NCBI GenBank assembly: GCA_041595335.1
Contig: JBFHKM010000001.1
Location: forward strand, 88-64,087
DNA length: 64,000 nucleotides
Direction of reading: 5' to 3'
Origin: Sphaerochaetaceae bacterium
Lineage (GTDB): Bacteria > Spirochaetota > Spirochaetia > Sphaerochaetales > Sphaerochaetaceae
The position numbers and the translations under genes are program-made. Every line of letters begins with the position of its first letter. Position 1 is the stretch's first letter. Positions 1 to 10,034 of the stretch are shown one piece after another. A model generated the notes under the pieces. That model was not told the origin of the DNA and made no database searches. It saw only the letters and a list, made by a program, of their open reading frames with translations.

Positions 1-1
1 T

Positions 2-604
2 GAGCAAGATGGTTTCACAACAATCTTGAGCTCAAAAGATTTATGTATGATAGACCATGTTCAAGAGCTTATTGATGCTGGTGTTGGTAGTCTTAAGGTT
101 GAAGGAAGAATGAAGAGCCTTTACTATGATGCAATTGTAACTCGTGCTTATAGAAAAGCTATTGATAGAGCTGAAAACAAGATCACTGAAACAGCAGAAG
201 AAATTGAAGAATACAGAAAAGACTTATTCAATATAAGTCACAGAAAATATTCAACAGGTTTCTTCTTCGATAGAACAGATGATGATGATATTTATGAACC
301 AACTGTTGATGGATATGAAAGAAATTTCCTATTTATTGGTATTGTTGAAGATGAAGTAAAACCTGGTATTTGGTCTCTTGATGTTAGATTCCAAGTCAGA
401 AAAGGTCAAACCATTGAATATATTGGACCTGAAATTCATAATATTGAGGACAATACTTTCACTCTTTTGAATGCTGACTTTGAAGAGATAGATCAAATAG
501 ATCATGGAAAGGTTCAGTATTTAAAAACTGATAAACCTATCAAAAAAGATTATATAATAAGAAGACTTAACAATGGTGCTTTGAAATCTACAAACGGTAG
601 ATAA
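2..604 (+). CDS. Peptidase U32 family protein, C-terminal portion (5' end outside window)
   Basis: Frame is open to the window edge. 'IDAGVGSLKVEGRMKS' matches the conserved U32 collagenase-like core. Stop at 602-604 is followed by a terminator hairpin. Confidence 0.75.
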   Translation, partial: EQDGFTTILSSKDLCMIDHVQELIDAGVGSLKVEGRMKSLYYDAIVTRAYRKAIDRAENKITETAEEIEEYRKDLFNISHRKYSTGFFFDRTDDDDIYEPTVDGYERNFLFIGIVEDEVKPGIWSLDVRFQVRKGQTIEYIGPEIHNIEDNTFTLLNADFEEIDQIDHGKVQYLKTDKPIKKDYIIRRLNNGALKSTNGR

Positions 605-623
605 AAATATATAAGAACAAAGG

Positions 624-652
624 TCCGCAGATTATTTCTGCGGATTTTTTTT
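624..652 (+). terminator. Rho-independent terminator of the U32 gene
   Basis: TCCGCAG-N7-CTGCGGA hairpin followed by a T8 run. Confidence 0.75.
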
Positions 653-665
653 GTTTTTCTGGATA

Positions 666-708
666 TAAAAAAAGAGATAACCTAGATTTTTAGTCTAAAG
701 TTACCTCT
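666..708 (-). terminator. Probable rho-independent terminator of valS
   Basis: Minus strand AGAGGTAAC-N18-GTTATCTCT (one G.U pair) followed by T7. The large loop lowers confidence. Confidence 0.5.
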
Positions 709-727
709 TTTTATTAATCAGTTAAGA

Positions 728-3388
728 TTATAAAGTTTTCAATAAAGCAATATGTTTCTTGCTTTTTTCAATCACTTCTTCAAATTCAGCTTTCTTTGAT
801 AGTTCTTTATCAATAGCTTCTTTCTTAGCATTGCTCATGAACTTCTCATTAGCAAGCTTTCTTACTGTTCCATTCAAGTTCTTTTCAGCTTTTACAATGT
901 CTTTCTCAAGTTTTGCAATTTCTTTATCAACGTCAATTGCATCTTTAACAAAAACAAATGATTCAAAGCCTTGTCCTGCCAAAGGAACAGCTCCTGTTAT
1001 ATCAGATGATTTATCTGCATCAATTGTGAGCTCACTTGTATTGGTAAATAACTTTATCAATTCAATTTGCTCTTTAAGGAAAGAAGTCTTCTCTCCTTCA
1101 CCATCAGGACGAACTATACATTTAATTTTCTTTTCAGGGCTTATTGCAAGTTCACCTCTCAGTGCTCTTATTCCTTTGATAACATCTTGAAGATTTTTTA
1201 CCAAATCATTCTCTGAAGCATAATTTCTATCTTCACTCCATACAGGATATTCAGCATTTATGATGTTGCCATCTGTATTAGGAAGCTTTGAATAAATTTC
1301 CTCTGTTATGAATGAAAGATAAGGATGCATAAGTCTCATTGATTCTGCTAATAGATCAAGCATAATTGAGATTGTCTGGTCTTTAACACTTTCATCATCA
1401 CTGTACATTTTAGGTTTTGAAGCTTCAACATACCAGTCACAGAAATCATTCCAGAAGAAGTCATAAACAGCTGCTGCGCCATCATTGAATCTATATGTTT
1501 TAATAGAATCTTCAACTTTCTTAGCTGCTTCGTTCAAGCGGAAATAGATCCACTTATCAAATACATCAAGTTCAATATCTTTTTTCTCAACTAAGGTTCT
1601 ACCTTCCATATTCATAAGTAAGAATCTTGTTGCATTCCAAATTTTATTTGCAAAGCGTGATCCAAATTTAAATGAATCTTTATCAATTAAGATATCCTGT
1701 CCCTGAGTTGCCATGTATGCAAGAGTGAACTTCATAGCATCTGAACCATATTCATCAACTACTTCAATTGGATCAATTCCATTACCCAAGCTCTTGCTCA
1801 TCTTACGTCCAGTTTTATCACGAACGAGACCTGTGATATAGATATCTTTGAAAGGTACCTCACCAACAAATTCAAGAGAAGCCATGATCATACGAGCTAC
1901 CCAGAAGAATATAATATCGTAACCAGTTACAAGTGTTGAGGTTGGGAAGAATCTGTCGAAGTCAACAGTTTTTTCAGGCCATCCCAAAGTTGAGAAAGGC
2001 CACAACCAAGAACTGAACCAAGTATCAAGTACATCAGATTCCTGCTTGAGATTTTTAGATCCACATTTTGGACATTCTGTAGGATCCTCTCTAGCGACAA
2101 TCATCTCTCCACAATCTTGACAGTACCATACAGGAATTCTGTGTCCCCACCATAGCTGTCGTGATATACACCAGTCTTTGATGTTTGTGAGCCAATGAGA
2201 GTAAGTGTTCTCCCATTTCTTTGGATAGAAATGAATATCATCTTGTTTCCAAGCGTCCAATGCCTTATCAGCCATTGATTTCATTGAAACAAACCATTGT
2301 TCTGATAGATAAGGTTCAATAATTGTTCCACATCTATAGCAGTGACCAATTTCATGATTGTGCTCAGTTTCATTAACTAAAATTCCAAGTTCTTTCAAAT
2401 CAGCTACAACCAATGCTCTAGCTTCAATTGCTGGTAGATTTCTATATTTTTCTGGACAATTATCATTTAAAGTTCCATCACTGTTCAATACATTGATGAT
2501 CTCAAGATTATGTCTCTTTCCACATTCCCAGTCGTTTGGATCATGTGCTGGTGTAATTTTAACCATACCAGTACCAAATTCAAGAGAAACAAAACTGTCT
2601 TCAATAATTTGAATCTTTCTATCAGTAAGTGGTAAATTTACATATTTTCCAACTATATCATGATATCTTTCGTCTTCTGGATTTACAGCTACAGCTATAT
2701 CACCAAACATTGTCTCAGGTCTTGTTGTAGCAATTTTAATTGAACCAGAGCCATCACTGAATGGGTAAAGAATATCATATAATTTACCAGGTTCTTCTTT
2801 GTATTCAACTTCATCATCAGCTAAAGCTGTTCCACAATGAGGACAGTAGTTTACAAGATACTCACCTTTGTAGATCAAATCCTTTTCATATAATGAAACA
2901 AAGCATTCACGAACTGCTTTTGATAGACCATCTTCCATTGTAAATCTTTCATGTTCCCAGTCACAGGAAGTACCAATTTTTTCAAGCTGATGTGTGATTA
3001 TACCATGGTGCTTATCTTTAACTTCCCAGGTCTTCTCAAGAAACTTTTCTCTTCCTAAATCCTGTCTTCTCAAACCTTCTTTTTGAAGCTGTCTTTCAAC
3101 AATATTCTGAGTTGCAATACCTGCATGATCTGTTCCAGGAACCCAAAGAGTTGGTAAACCTTTCATTCTGTAATATCTAATCAAGATATCCTGCAATGAA
3201 TTATTCAAGGCATGCCCCATGTGAAGTATACCAGTGACGTTTGGTGGTGGCATAACTATGGAGAAATGCTCTCCATTCTCATTGTCATCAGCCTTAGGGC
3301 CGAACATTCCATTATCTTTCCATTCTGAGTATATTCGATCCTCAAAATCTTTGGGATCATAAGCTTTTTTCAATTCTACTGCTTTCAT
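728..3388 (-). CDS. valS: Valine--tRNA ligase
   Basis: 886 aa. Class I HIGH region 'PPPNVTGILHMGHA', KMSKS 'GRKMSKSLGN', C-terminal coiled coil typical of ValRS. AGGAGG SD upstream. Confidence 0.97.
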   Translation of the reverse strand: MKAVELKKAYDPKDFEDRIYSEWKDNGMFGPKADDNENGEHFSIVMPPPNVTGILHMGHALNNSLQDILIRYYRMKGLPTLWVPGTDHAGIATQNIVERQLQKEGLRRQDLGREKFLEKTWEVKDKHHGIITHQLEKIGTSCDWEHERFTMEDGLSKAVRECFVSLYEKDLIYKGEYLVNYCPHCGTALADDEVEYKEEPGKLYDILYPFSDGSGSIKIATTRPETMFGDIAVAVNPEDERYHDIVGKYVNLPLTDRKIQIIEDSFVSLEFGTGMVKITPAHDPNDWECGKRHNLEIINVLNSDGTLNDNCPEKYRNLPAIEARALVVADLKELGILVNETEHNHEIGHCYRCGTIIEPYLSEQWFVSMKSMADKALDAWKQDDIHFYPKKWENTYSHWLTNIKDWCISRQLWWGHRIPVWYCQDCGEMIVAREDPTECPKCGSKNLKQESDVLDTWFSSWLWPFSTLGWPEKTVDFDRFFPTSTLVTGYDIIFFWVARMIMASLEFVGEVPFKDIYITGLVRDKTGRKMSKSLGNGIDPIEVVDEYGSDAMKFTLAYMATQGQDILIDKDSFKFGSRFANKIWNATRFLLMNMEGRTLVEKKDIELDVFDKWIYFRLNEAAKKVEDSIKTYRFNDGAAAVYDFFWNDFCDWYVEASKPKMYSDDESVKDQTISIMLDLLAESMRLMHPYLSFITEEIYSKLPNTDGNIINAEYPVWSEDRNYASENDLVKNLQDVIKGIRALRGELAISPEKKIKCIVRPDGEGEKTSFLKEQIELIKLFTNTSELTIDADKSSDITGAVPLAGQGFESFVFVKDAIDVDKEIAKLEKDIVKAEKNLNGTVRKLANEKFMSNAKKEAIDKELSKKAEFEEVIEKSKKHIALLKTL

Positions 3389-3645
3389 GAATATAACTGC
3401 CTCCTACCTTACGTAATAATTATGACAATAGTACCAAAAACAACAACTCATAACAACTGAAAACTTAAAAAATATAATAAATAACTGGACTTTACACCCT
3501 ATTTTTTCACCTTTTTTGATCTCTCTTTACTAAATGAAAATAATTCTTAAATTCCTACTTCAATACTTGGTAATTGACTTTTATTTAATATGTTATTATT
3601 TTTATTTTAGACATATGTGAAAAACATATGAATGGGGAGAATTAG

Positions 3646-4371
3646 ATGTTGCAACTTAAAAACAATAGCTACAGTATCGATGGAAAAAAGATAATCGATG
3701 ATGTCAGTTATGAATTTGAACAAGGGAATATATATATACTTACAGGTCCCAATGGTGGTGGTAAGACATCCCTTGGAAAACTCATAACAGGACTGTATAG
3801 ATCAGATGATGGAAGTATTTTCTATGGTGGTAATGATATAACCGCTCTCAATATAAGTGAGAGAGCAAATCTTGGAATATCCTATGGTTTTCAAAGTCCG
3901 ATCTATTTCAAAGGGTTATCTGTTAGGGATTTATTGCAGCTCTCAAGCAAGAGCCATGATGAAGTTGAATTATCTCATATATTGAGTCAAGTTGGTCTTT
4001 GTGGAAAGAATTATCTAGATAGAGATATTGATGATAGATTATCTGGTGGTGAGATAAAACGAATTGAGATTGCATCTGTTTTAGCTAAGAAAGACACAAA
4101 ACTTTATATTTTTGATGAACCTGAAGCTGGAATTGATCTTTGGAGTTTTAAAGAGTTGATTTCTATTTTCAAAAAGTTAAAGGAGCAGAAAAAGACTCTT
4201 ATCATCATATCCCACCAAGAAAAGATTCTTGAGTTAAGTGATTATATCTTGATAATCAGTGAGGGTAGAATTACAAAAAGTGGTCCAACAGACCAAATAT
4301 TCAATACTTTATCTATAAGCCATATAGATAAATTCAACTGTGAAGGTTGTGAAAAGAAGGAATTAAGCTGA
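3646..4371 (+). CDS. sufC: SufC-like Fe-S cluster assembly ABC ATPase
   Basis: Walker A 'GPNGGGKTS', 'FQSP', signature 'LSGGEIKRIEI', Walker B 'FDEPEAGID', H-loop 'ISHQEKIL'. Extra C-terminal 'CEGC'. GGGGAGA SD. Confidence 0.8.
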   Translation: MLQLKNNSYSIDGKKIIDDVSYEFEQGNIYILTGPNGGGKTSLGKLITGLYRSDDGSIFYGGNDITALNISERANLGISYGFQSPIYFKGLSVRDLLQLSSKSHDEVELSHILSQVGLCGKNYLDRDIDDRLSGGEIKRIEIASVLAKKDTKLYIFDEPEAGIDLWSFKELISIFKKLKEQKKTLIIISHQEKILELSDYILIISEGRITKSGPTDQIFNTLSISHIDKFNCEGCEKKELS

Positions 4372-5288
4372 TGCTAGCAAATACAATGAAACTGTTTAAA
4401 AAACTGTATGGTGATGATGTAGATTTAAGCAATAAAGCCGTGAATATTCGTGAGAACTGCAGCTCCTGTGAGAGACATAGTTCTCCTAACATAAAACTTG
4501 AAGATCTTCCTGAGGGAGATGGTCTCAAAATTACTGTTTCATCTGAAACAAATGGAGAGACTGTGTACATACCCGCTTTCATAAGTAAATCAGGTGTTGT
4601 TGATGTTGTTAAAAATGATTTTTACATTGAAGATGGTGCAGATGTTCTGATTCAAGCAGGGTGTGCTATTCATACAGAAAGTGATGAAGAGTCCAAGCAT
4701 GATGGAATTCATAGATTCTTCATTGGTAAAAATTGCAGAGTCAAATATAAAGAGGTGCATCTTGGAACAGGTTCAGATGCCAAACGAATAATCTCCCCTA
4801 TTACTGATATTGAGCTTGGAGAGAACTCTTACTTTATTATGGATTCAATCCAACTTGATGGAGTAAGTTTCACACAACGAGAGACCAATGCCATTGTGAA
4901 TAAGGGTGCTCATTTGGATATAAAGGAAAGAATTCTTACTCAGAGAGATCAGGAAGCAATTACAAAGTTCAATGTAGAGATCAATGGAGAGGATTCTTCA
5001 GTAAATGTTGTTTCAAGGTCTGTAGCAAAAGATAATTCAAAACAGACTTTGGAATCAAAGTTGATAGGAAACGCAAGATGTACGGGTCACAGTGAATGTG
5101 ATGCAATTCTTGAGGGAAATGGTGTGGCCATTGCCATTCCTGGTCTTATTGCAAACAATCCAGAAGCCAATCTAGTTCATGAAGCTGCAATCGGAAGAAT
5201 TTCAAAGCAGCAGATTGAAAAGCTTGAGACTTTAGGCCTTTCTGAAGATGAAGCTGAAAAATATATAATAAAAGGTTTTTTGAGATAA
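4371..5288 (+). CDS. Short SufB/SufD-family Fe-S scaffold protein
   Basis: 305 aa. Start overlaps the sufC stop (TGATG). C-terminal 'HEAAIGRISKQQIEKLETLGLSEDEAEKYIIKGFL' is the SufB/D family signature. Confidence 0.8.
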   Translation: MLANTMKLFKKLYGDDVDLSNKAVNIRENCSSCERHSSPNIKLEDLPEGDGLKITVSSETNGETVYIPAFISKSGVVDVVKNDFYIEDGADVLIQAGCAIHTESDEESKHDGIHRFFIGKNCRVKYKEVHLGTGSDAKRIISPITDIELGENSYFIMDSIQLDGVSFTQRETNAIVNKGAHLDIKERILTQRDQEAITKFNVEINGEDSSVNVVSRSVAKDNSKQTLESKLIGNARCTGHSECDAILEGNGVAIAIPGLIANNPEANLVHEAAIGRISKQQIEKLETLGLSEDEAEKYIIKGFLR

Positions 5289-5525
5289 TATAAACTTTTT
5301 TTTAGAGTGAAATAATAAGTTATTTGAGAATTAGTCTTCTTAATTACCATCATCTCTTTGACTTTTTAGATGCATCTAAGTCTGATTGGTGTACAAAATC
5401 GATTGTAAGTCGACTGCTCTTTAGAACTTTGCTCATTGCTATCACAGCTGGAATTCAATAAATCTATTTATTTTCAGCTGATAGTTTTCCCTGTTTTGAG
5501 TCAGAATTAATCTTTAAAATGCACT

Positions 5526-5563
5526 AAAAAAAGAAAAGCACCCATATTACATACAATATGGGT
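5526..5563 (-). terminator. Possible terminator downstream of the lipoprotein gene
   Basis: ACCCATAT-N8-ATATGGGT hairpin, followed on the minus strand by a T-rich run. It lies ~160 nt past the stop codon. Confidence 0.4.
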
Positions 5564-5720
5564 ACTAAAAATTAAAAATTCAATTGGATAATTCCGGATT
5601 TTAAATAATATATGTTATCAATAAAATAAGAATTTGTTAGGATTAACTAACTTATATATACTTTACTCTTTTTATCGTCATATGTCAATGATACTTGGCG
5701 TGATTGATTCTTTTTTTAAC

Positions 5721-6155
5721 CTATAGGTCTCTTACAAGTAGAATATCTGTTCCTTCATAATCTTCAACACTTGTACTTGTACCTGTACTTTTACTGTTTG
5801 AATCACCATCATTTTCATAATAGAGTTTTGCAAGATTTTCATCATCAATTCCTAAAGCTTGTGAGTATTGAGAAGCTCTTATAGCCTGTAGCTCAGATTC
5901 TGTAGGTAATCTATAATCGTCATAAGATCTCTGCCAATCAACTTTTTCAACATGATCTGCTGCAAACTCTTGGCTATCACTGTATGTTAATGGACTTTCA
6001 GTATTACAGACTTTAGCTTCAATCTGAGAACCTTGAATATCAAACACGATACCACGAGAAGGTCCAACCTGACCTGTAATGTAATTTTTATCATTACAAG
6101 CTACTAAAACGCCCATAACTATTATTATTGCTACTACTGCTACTTTCTTGTTCAT
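5721..6155 (-). CDS. Lipoprotein, DUF1566/Lcl C-terminal-like
   Basis: Signal peptide with lipobox 'LVAC'. 'YRLPTESELQAI' resembles the DUF1566 motif (recalled from memory). Confidence 0.6.
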   Translation of the reverse strand: MNKKVAVVAIIIVMGVLVACNDKNYITGQVGPSRGIVFDIQGSQIEAKVCNTESPLTYSDSQEFAADHVEKVDWQRSYDDYRLPTESELQAIRASQYSQALGIDDENLAKLYYENDGDSNSKSTGTSTSVEDYEGTDILLVRDL

Positions 6156-6454
6156 ATAAATGTTAGCAACTTAATGGCAAATAAGTTACATTTTTTTTTC
6201 AAAATTTTACATATTTAATAGAATTTGTTTCATTTTAAAAAAAATATCTTAGCTTTCTTTAAAAAGTGCTAAGATATTTTCTTCAATAAACCCTTTTGTT
6301 TTAAAAAAATGGGTTTTTATAAATATTTAGGAAAAATAAAAACCAATATTTACAGTATCAATTTCTATCTGTTTTACTATCAATAACCATTGATCTTTTA
6401 AAAAGTTACAATGCAACAGAAAGATTCAACAATTTGATTCAAATAGTTCAAGTA

Positions 6455-6994
6455 TTAATTATCCTCAAGAGGATTTACAGTTTTGACTTCCAAGGTCACT
6501 GCGTAACCTTGAGAATCTAAGTAATGAATTATTTGAGAGAGTGAGAAGTCATCAAGTGATGATTTTTTCTCAGTGCTCACCTGCTGAACCTGGGAAGCTT
6601 CAATAGGAAGATTAACTTCAGGAAGTATCTCACTTGTTTGTTGGTTGTTCGTTCCAAACAAAACAAATGAACCAATGAAGACAACAACAAAAGCCGCAGC
6701 ACTGGTGATCAAAGCAGGTATCAAATTTACCTGAATCTTTCTTCGAAATATATTCTGCTTTTTGGGCTTATCAAATCTATTCTTCTCAAAGAATGTCATC
6801 ACCCTATCGGCTCTAGCTTCGATTTCATCGTCACTTATTGTAGCACTTTTCATCTTATTGTTGAGATTCTTCAATTGCTCAAGCCTCATCTGGCATCCAT
6901 TGCAATAAGAAAGATGTTCTTCAACTTGAGTTTTCCAAGGCTCTAATAATTCACCATCTAAATAAGAATTTAAAAGCGCATCATCTAAACACAT
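6455..6994 (-). CDS. Anti-sigma factor (zf-HC2 type, single-pass membrane)
   Basis: N-terminal 'HLSYCNGCQ' zinc-finger motif. One hydrophobic span 'LIPALITSAAAFVVVFIGSFVLF'. Lies 6 nt downstream of the ECF sigma gene. Confidence 0.75.
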   Translation of the reverse strand: MCLDDALLNSYLDGELLEPWKTQVEEHLSYCNGCQMRLEQLKNLNNKMKSATISDDEIEARADRVMTFFEKNRFDKPKKQNIFRRKIQVNLIPALITSAAAFVVVFIGSFVLFGTNNQQTSEILPEVNLPIEASQVQQVSTEKKSSLDDFSLSQIIHYLDSQGYAVTLEVKTVNPLEDN

Positions 6995-7000
6995 ATTCTA

Positions 7001-7519
7001 TTACTCCTGATCTTCATTTAAAATCTTTTCAAGCATTTTCCTTGCTCTAAAGACTCTTACTTTAACATTACTCTCAGAAATGTTAAGAGTAGCTCCGATT
7101 CCTTTGTAATCTAAATCTGTATAGGTCTTTAATGTAATTACAACTCTAAATTTTTCAGGGAGCTGAGCAATTGCATCTCTAACTTCTTTACAAATTTGAT
7201 CTTCAACCATTAAATCTTCGCCGGTTTTGATTTTTGCTTTAGGTTCCTTCTTAACTTTTTCTATCATCTTGAGCTCTCTGCCCTTACGTTTTACAACATT
7301 GATAGATAGGTTCTTTGTAACCCTTATTAACCAGTATTTTGCATCATTTAATGAAGGAAAAGTTTTTCCTTGATCATAAAATCTAGTAAACGCCTCTTGG
7401 CAAAGTTCTTCAGCTCTATCGGGATTCCTTACAATATTGTTTGAAACTTTAAATATCATAGGGAACACCTGCTCGTAAACTTCACGGAAATCACGTTCAT
7501 CATTACTTTGAATCTTCAT
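7001..7519 (-). CDS. ECF (sigma-70 family, group 4) RNA polymerase sigma factor
   Basis: Region 2-like 'PDRAEELCQEAFTRFY' and region 4 HTH 'YKGIGATLNISESNVKVRVFRARKML'. ATG at 7519 preferred over the in-frame TTG at 7531. Confidence 0.85.
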   Translation of the reverse strand: MKIQSNDERDFREVYEQVFPMIFKVSNNIVRNPDRAEELCQEAFTRFYDQGKTFPSLNDAKYWLIRVTKNLSINVVKRKGRELKMIEKVKKEPKAKIKTGEDLMVEDQICKEVRDAIAQLPEKFRVVITLKTYTDLDYKGIGATLNISESNVKVRVFRARKMLEKILNEDQE

Positions 7520-7547
7520 AAATATTAACAACCCTTGTTACTGTTGG

Positions 7548-8963
7548 TTACAGTTTTTTTGATAAAACAGCTCCTTGCGGTGTATCTTTTACAATATATC
7601 CCATTTTATCTAATTCATTACGTATTTCATCAGCTCTTGCAAAATTTTTATCTTTCTTTGCTTGAACTCTTTCATCTAATAAAGCCTGAGCTTCTTCACC
7701 AAGATTTTCTTTTTTTCTTTTCTCTATTTGATCCAAACGTAGACCCAGTACATCATCATAGTACATTACAAGAGAATATTTCTCAGAATCTGTTATTTTA
7801 TCATTTTTTAGAGTTTTCCAAAGTTCAGCTAGAGCCATAGGCATGTTTAAGTTATTAGCACATGCTTCATCAAAACTGTTCATGAGATTTTTTGCTTCTT
7901 CACTTTCAATCTCAACCTGTTTTGCATCATTTTCTAACATATCCTGAATTCTAGAAACAATAGACAATCTATTTTTCTTTGCATTATCCAAATTGTCAAA
8001 ACTGAATCTCAACTGAGATCTGTAATGTCCACCCAGCACAAAATATCTATAATCCATTGGATCATAGCCCTTTTTGATCAACAACTGAAGAGTTAGGAAT
8101 TCACCTTTGCTCTTACTCATCTTACCTGTTTCATCTAGCAAGAACTCTCCATGCAACCAATAATTGACCCATTTGTGACCTGTTGCAGCTTCAGATTGAG
8201 CAATTTCATTTGTATGATGAACTGGAATTGCATCAATTCCACCTGAATGGATATCAAAAGATTCACCAAGATATTTCATGCTCATTGCTGAACATTCAAT
8301 GTGCCATCCAGGATATCCTCTGCCCCAAGGAGAGTCCCACATCATCTGCTGAGCTCCAAATTTACTTTTTGTGAACCAAAGAACAAAATCTTTAGGATTT
8401 TTCTTATTTGTATCCACATGAACATCATCTCTTACAGCAGTCTGTAGATCATCTAATTTCAATCCAGCCAATTTGCCGTATTCAGGAAAAGTATCAATTG
8501 AGAAATATACATTTCCACCTGCTTGATATGTATGACCATTTGCTTCGATTCTCTGAATTAGCTTTATCATATCATCAATGTGGTCAGTAGCTTTGCACCA
8601 GACATTGGGGTCAATCATATTCAAATCATGAAAATCTTTCTTGAATGCTGTTGTATAGAACTCTGCAATTTCCCAAACAGTCTTTCCTGTTTCCTTTGCA
8701 GTTTTTGTCATTTTATCATCACCGTCATCACCGTCACCTGTAAGATGACCAACATCAGTAATATTCATGACATGATTTACGTTATATCCGAAATGAGTGA
8801 GAACTCTCTTTAGAATATCTTCAAAGATGAAGGTTCTTAAATTACCTATATGTGCATAATTGTAGACAGTTGGACCACATGCATAAAAGCCAACTTCTTT
8901 TTCATTTATAGGTTTGAATTCTTGGATACTTCGACCCATTGTATTGTATAATGATACTTTCAT
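7548..8963 (-). CDS. cysS: Cysteine--tRNA ligase
   Basis: 471 aa. HIGH region '[11 protein letters not shown]', KMSKS 'GKMSKSKGE'. Confidence 0.97.
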   Translation of the reverse strand: MKVSLYNTMGRSIQEFKPINEKEVGFYACGPTVYNYAHIGNLRTFIFEDILKRVLTHFGYNVNHVMNITDVGHLTGDGDDGDDKMTKTAKETGKTVWEIAEFYTTAFKKDFHDLNMIDPNVWCKATDHIDDMIKLIQRIEANGHTYQAGGNVYFSIDTFPEYGKLAGLKLDDLQTAVRDDVHVDTNKKNPKDFVLWFTKSKFGAQQMMWDSPWGRGYPGWHIECSAMSMKYLGESFDIHSGGIDAIPVHHTNEIAQSEAATGHKWVNYWLHGEFLLDETGKMSKSKGEFLTLQLLIKKGYDPMDYRYFVLGGHYRSQLRFSFDNLDNAKKNRLSIVSRIQDMLENDAKQVEIESEEAKNLMNSFDEACANNLNMPMALAELWKTLKNDKITDSEKYSLVMYYDDVLGLRLDQIEKRKKENLGEEAQALLDERVQAKKDKNFARADEIRNELDKMGYIVKDTPQGAVLSKKL

Positions 8964-9110
8964 TAATTACCCCAATTTAGTATAGAAATCTGTATTTATA
9001 ATGTTCAGTTCTATTATTTAATATCCTAATTATACCGAAAAAACGTGATAATAACAAATAAAAAGAAAATTTTTATTGCTCAATCCATTTTTCATTGGTA
9101 AACTGAACAC

Positions 9111-10034
9111 ATGAATAATAATGTATGCTATCAAGGTGAAAAAATCAAGTTTGATGATGTTATAGAAAAAAATGTAAATCTTTCAGAATTTACAAATTTC
9201 AAAACTGGCGGAAATGCTGAATTTGTTGCGACTCCTGGTCGGTTTTCTGAATTAATTGCTGCCTTGAAGTTTGCTGAGGAGAGAAAACTTAACATCACAA
9301 TTATGGGTGATGGCTCCAATACACTTGTAAGTGATAAAGGAATTGAAGGTCTTGTGATAAGAACCAAACATCTCTCTCGTTATTCTTCAAGAGGAAATAT
9401 GTTCTGTTGCAGAGCTGGAATGACTCTTGAAAAAGCAATCACTCTTACCTTAGAAGATGGAATGGAAGGACTTGAATTTCTTTCAGGTATTCAGGGTTCA
9501 ATAGGAGGAGCTATTGCAGGAAATTCTGGTGCATATGGACACTGCATAAGTGATCATCTGCTCTATGTAGATTATGTAACTTTTGACGGAAAGACACACA
9601 GAATGGGGGCACAGGTAATAGACTTTGGCTATAGATACTCTCCTTTTATGGACATGAGAGATTGCATAATTTTTGAAGTTGGTTTTTTGCTTCCCAAATC
9701 CCAAGATTTTCTTAAAAACGGAAAAGATACTCAATTAGCTTTGAAACAGGAGCGCCGAAACAAAGGTTATTTCGATTTTCCTTCTGCAGGTTCTGTTTTT
9801 AAAAATCCAGAAGGTTCATTGACTGCAGGTCAGATGCTTGATGAATGCAACATGAAATTACAGAAAATTGGTGATGCAATGGTGTCTAAAAAACATGCAA
9901 ACCTTATTGTGAATACAGGTCATGCTAAAAGTTCTGATATCTATCAACTTGCTTTAAAAGGTAAAGATGAGGTCAAGAAAAAATTCAATGTAGATCTTGA
10001 ATTTGAAATTAAACTTCTAGGTGATTTCAGCTAA
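9111..10034 (+). CDS. murB: UDP-N-acetylenolpyruvoylglucosamine reductase
   Basis: 307 aa. FAD-binding domain 'FKTGGNAEF', 'IMGDGSN', C-terminal 'SAGSVFKNP'. Confidence 0.9.
   Translation: MNNNVCYQGEKIKFDDVIEKNVNLSEFTNFKTGGNAEFVATPGRFSELIAALKFAEERKLNITIMGDGSNTLVSDKGIEGLVIRTKHLSRYSSRGNMFCCRAGMTLEKAITLTLEDGMEGLEFLSGIQGSIGGAIAGNSGAYGHCISDHLLYVDYVTFDGKTHRMGAQVIDFGYRYSPFMDMRDCIIFEVGFLLPKSQDFLKNGKDTQLALKQERRNKGYFDFPSAGSVFKNPEGSLTAGQMLDECNMKLQKIGDAMVSKKHANLIVNTGHAKSSDIYQLALKGKDEVKKKFNVDLEFEIKLLGDFS

Noticed and set aside
759-2943. ORFs of 60-143 codons on the plus strand inside valS (759..1190, 2358..2612, 2761..2943). Similar antisense ORFs occur inside cysS, selD, thrA, argH/argG, the helicase, fadD and others.
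   Set aside because: They lie wholly inside strongly supported genes on the opposite strand. They have low-complexity Ser/Leu/Phe-rich translations and no SD. They are typical shadow ORFs of an AT-rich genome.
3389-3645. T-box or other riboswitch leaders upstream of valS, cysS, thrA (45127-45245) and cysK (58198-58595).
   Set aside because: No T-box core (AGGGTGGNACCGCG-like) and no other conserved riboswitch core was recognisable on the relevant strand. The leaders are short or plain AT-rich. An Rfam scan would be the decisive test.
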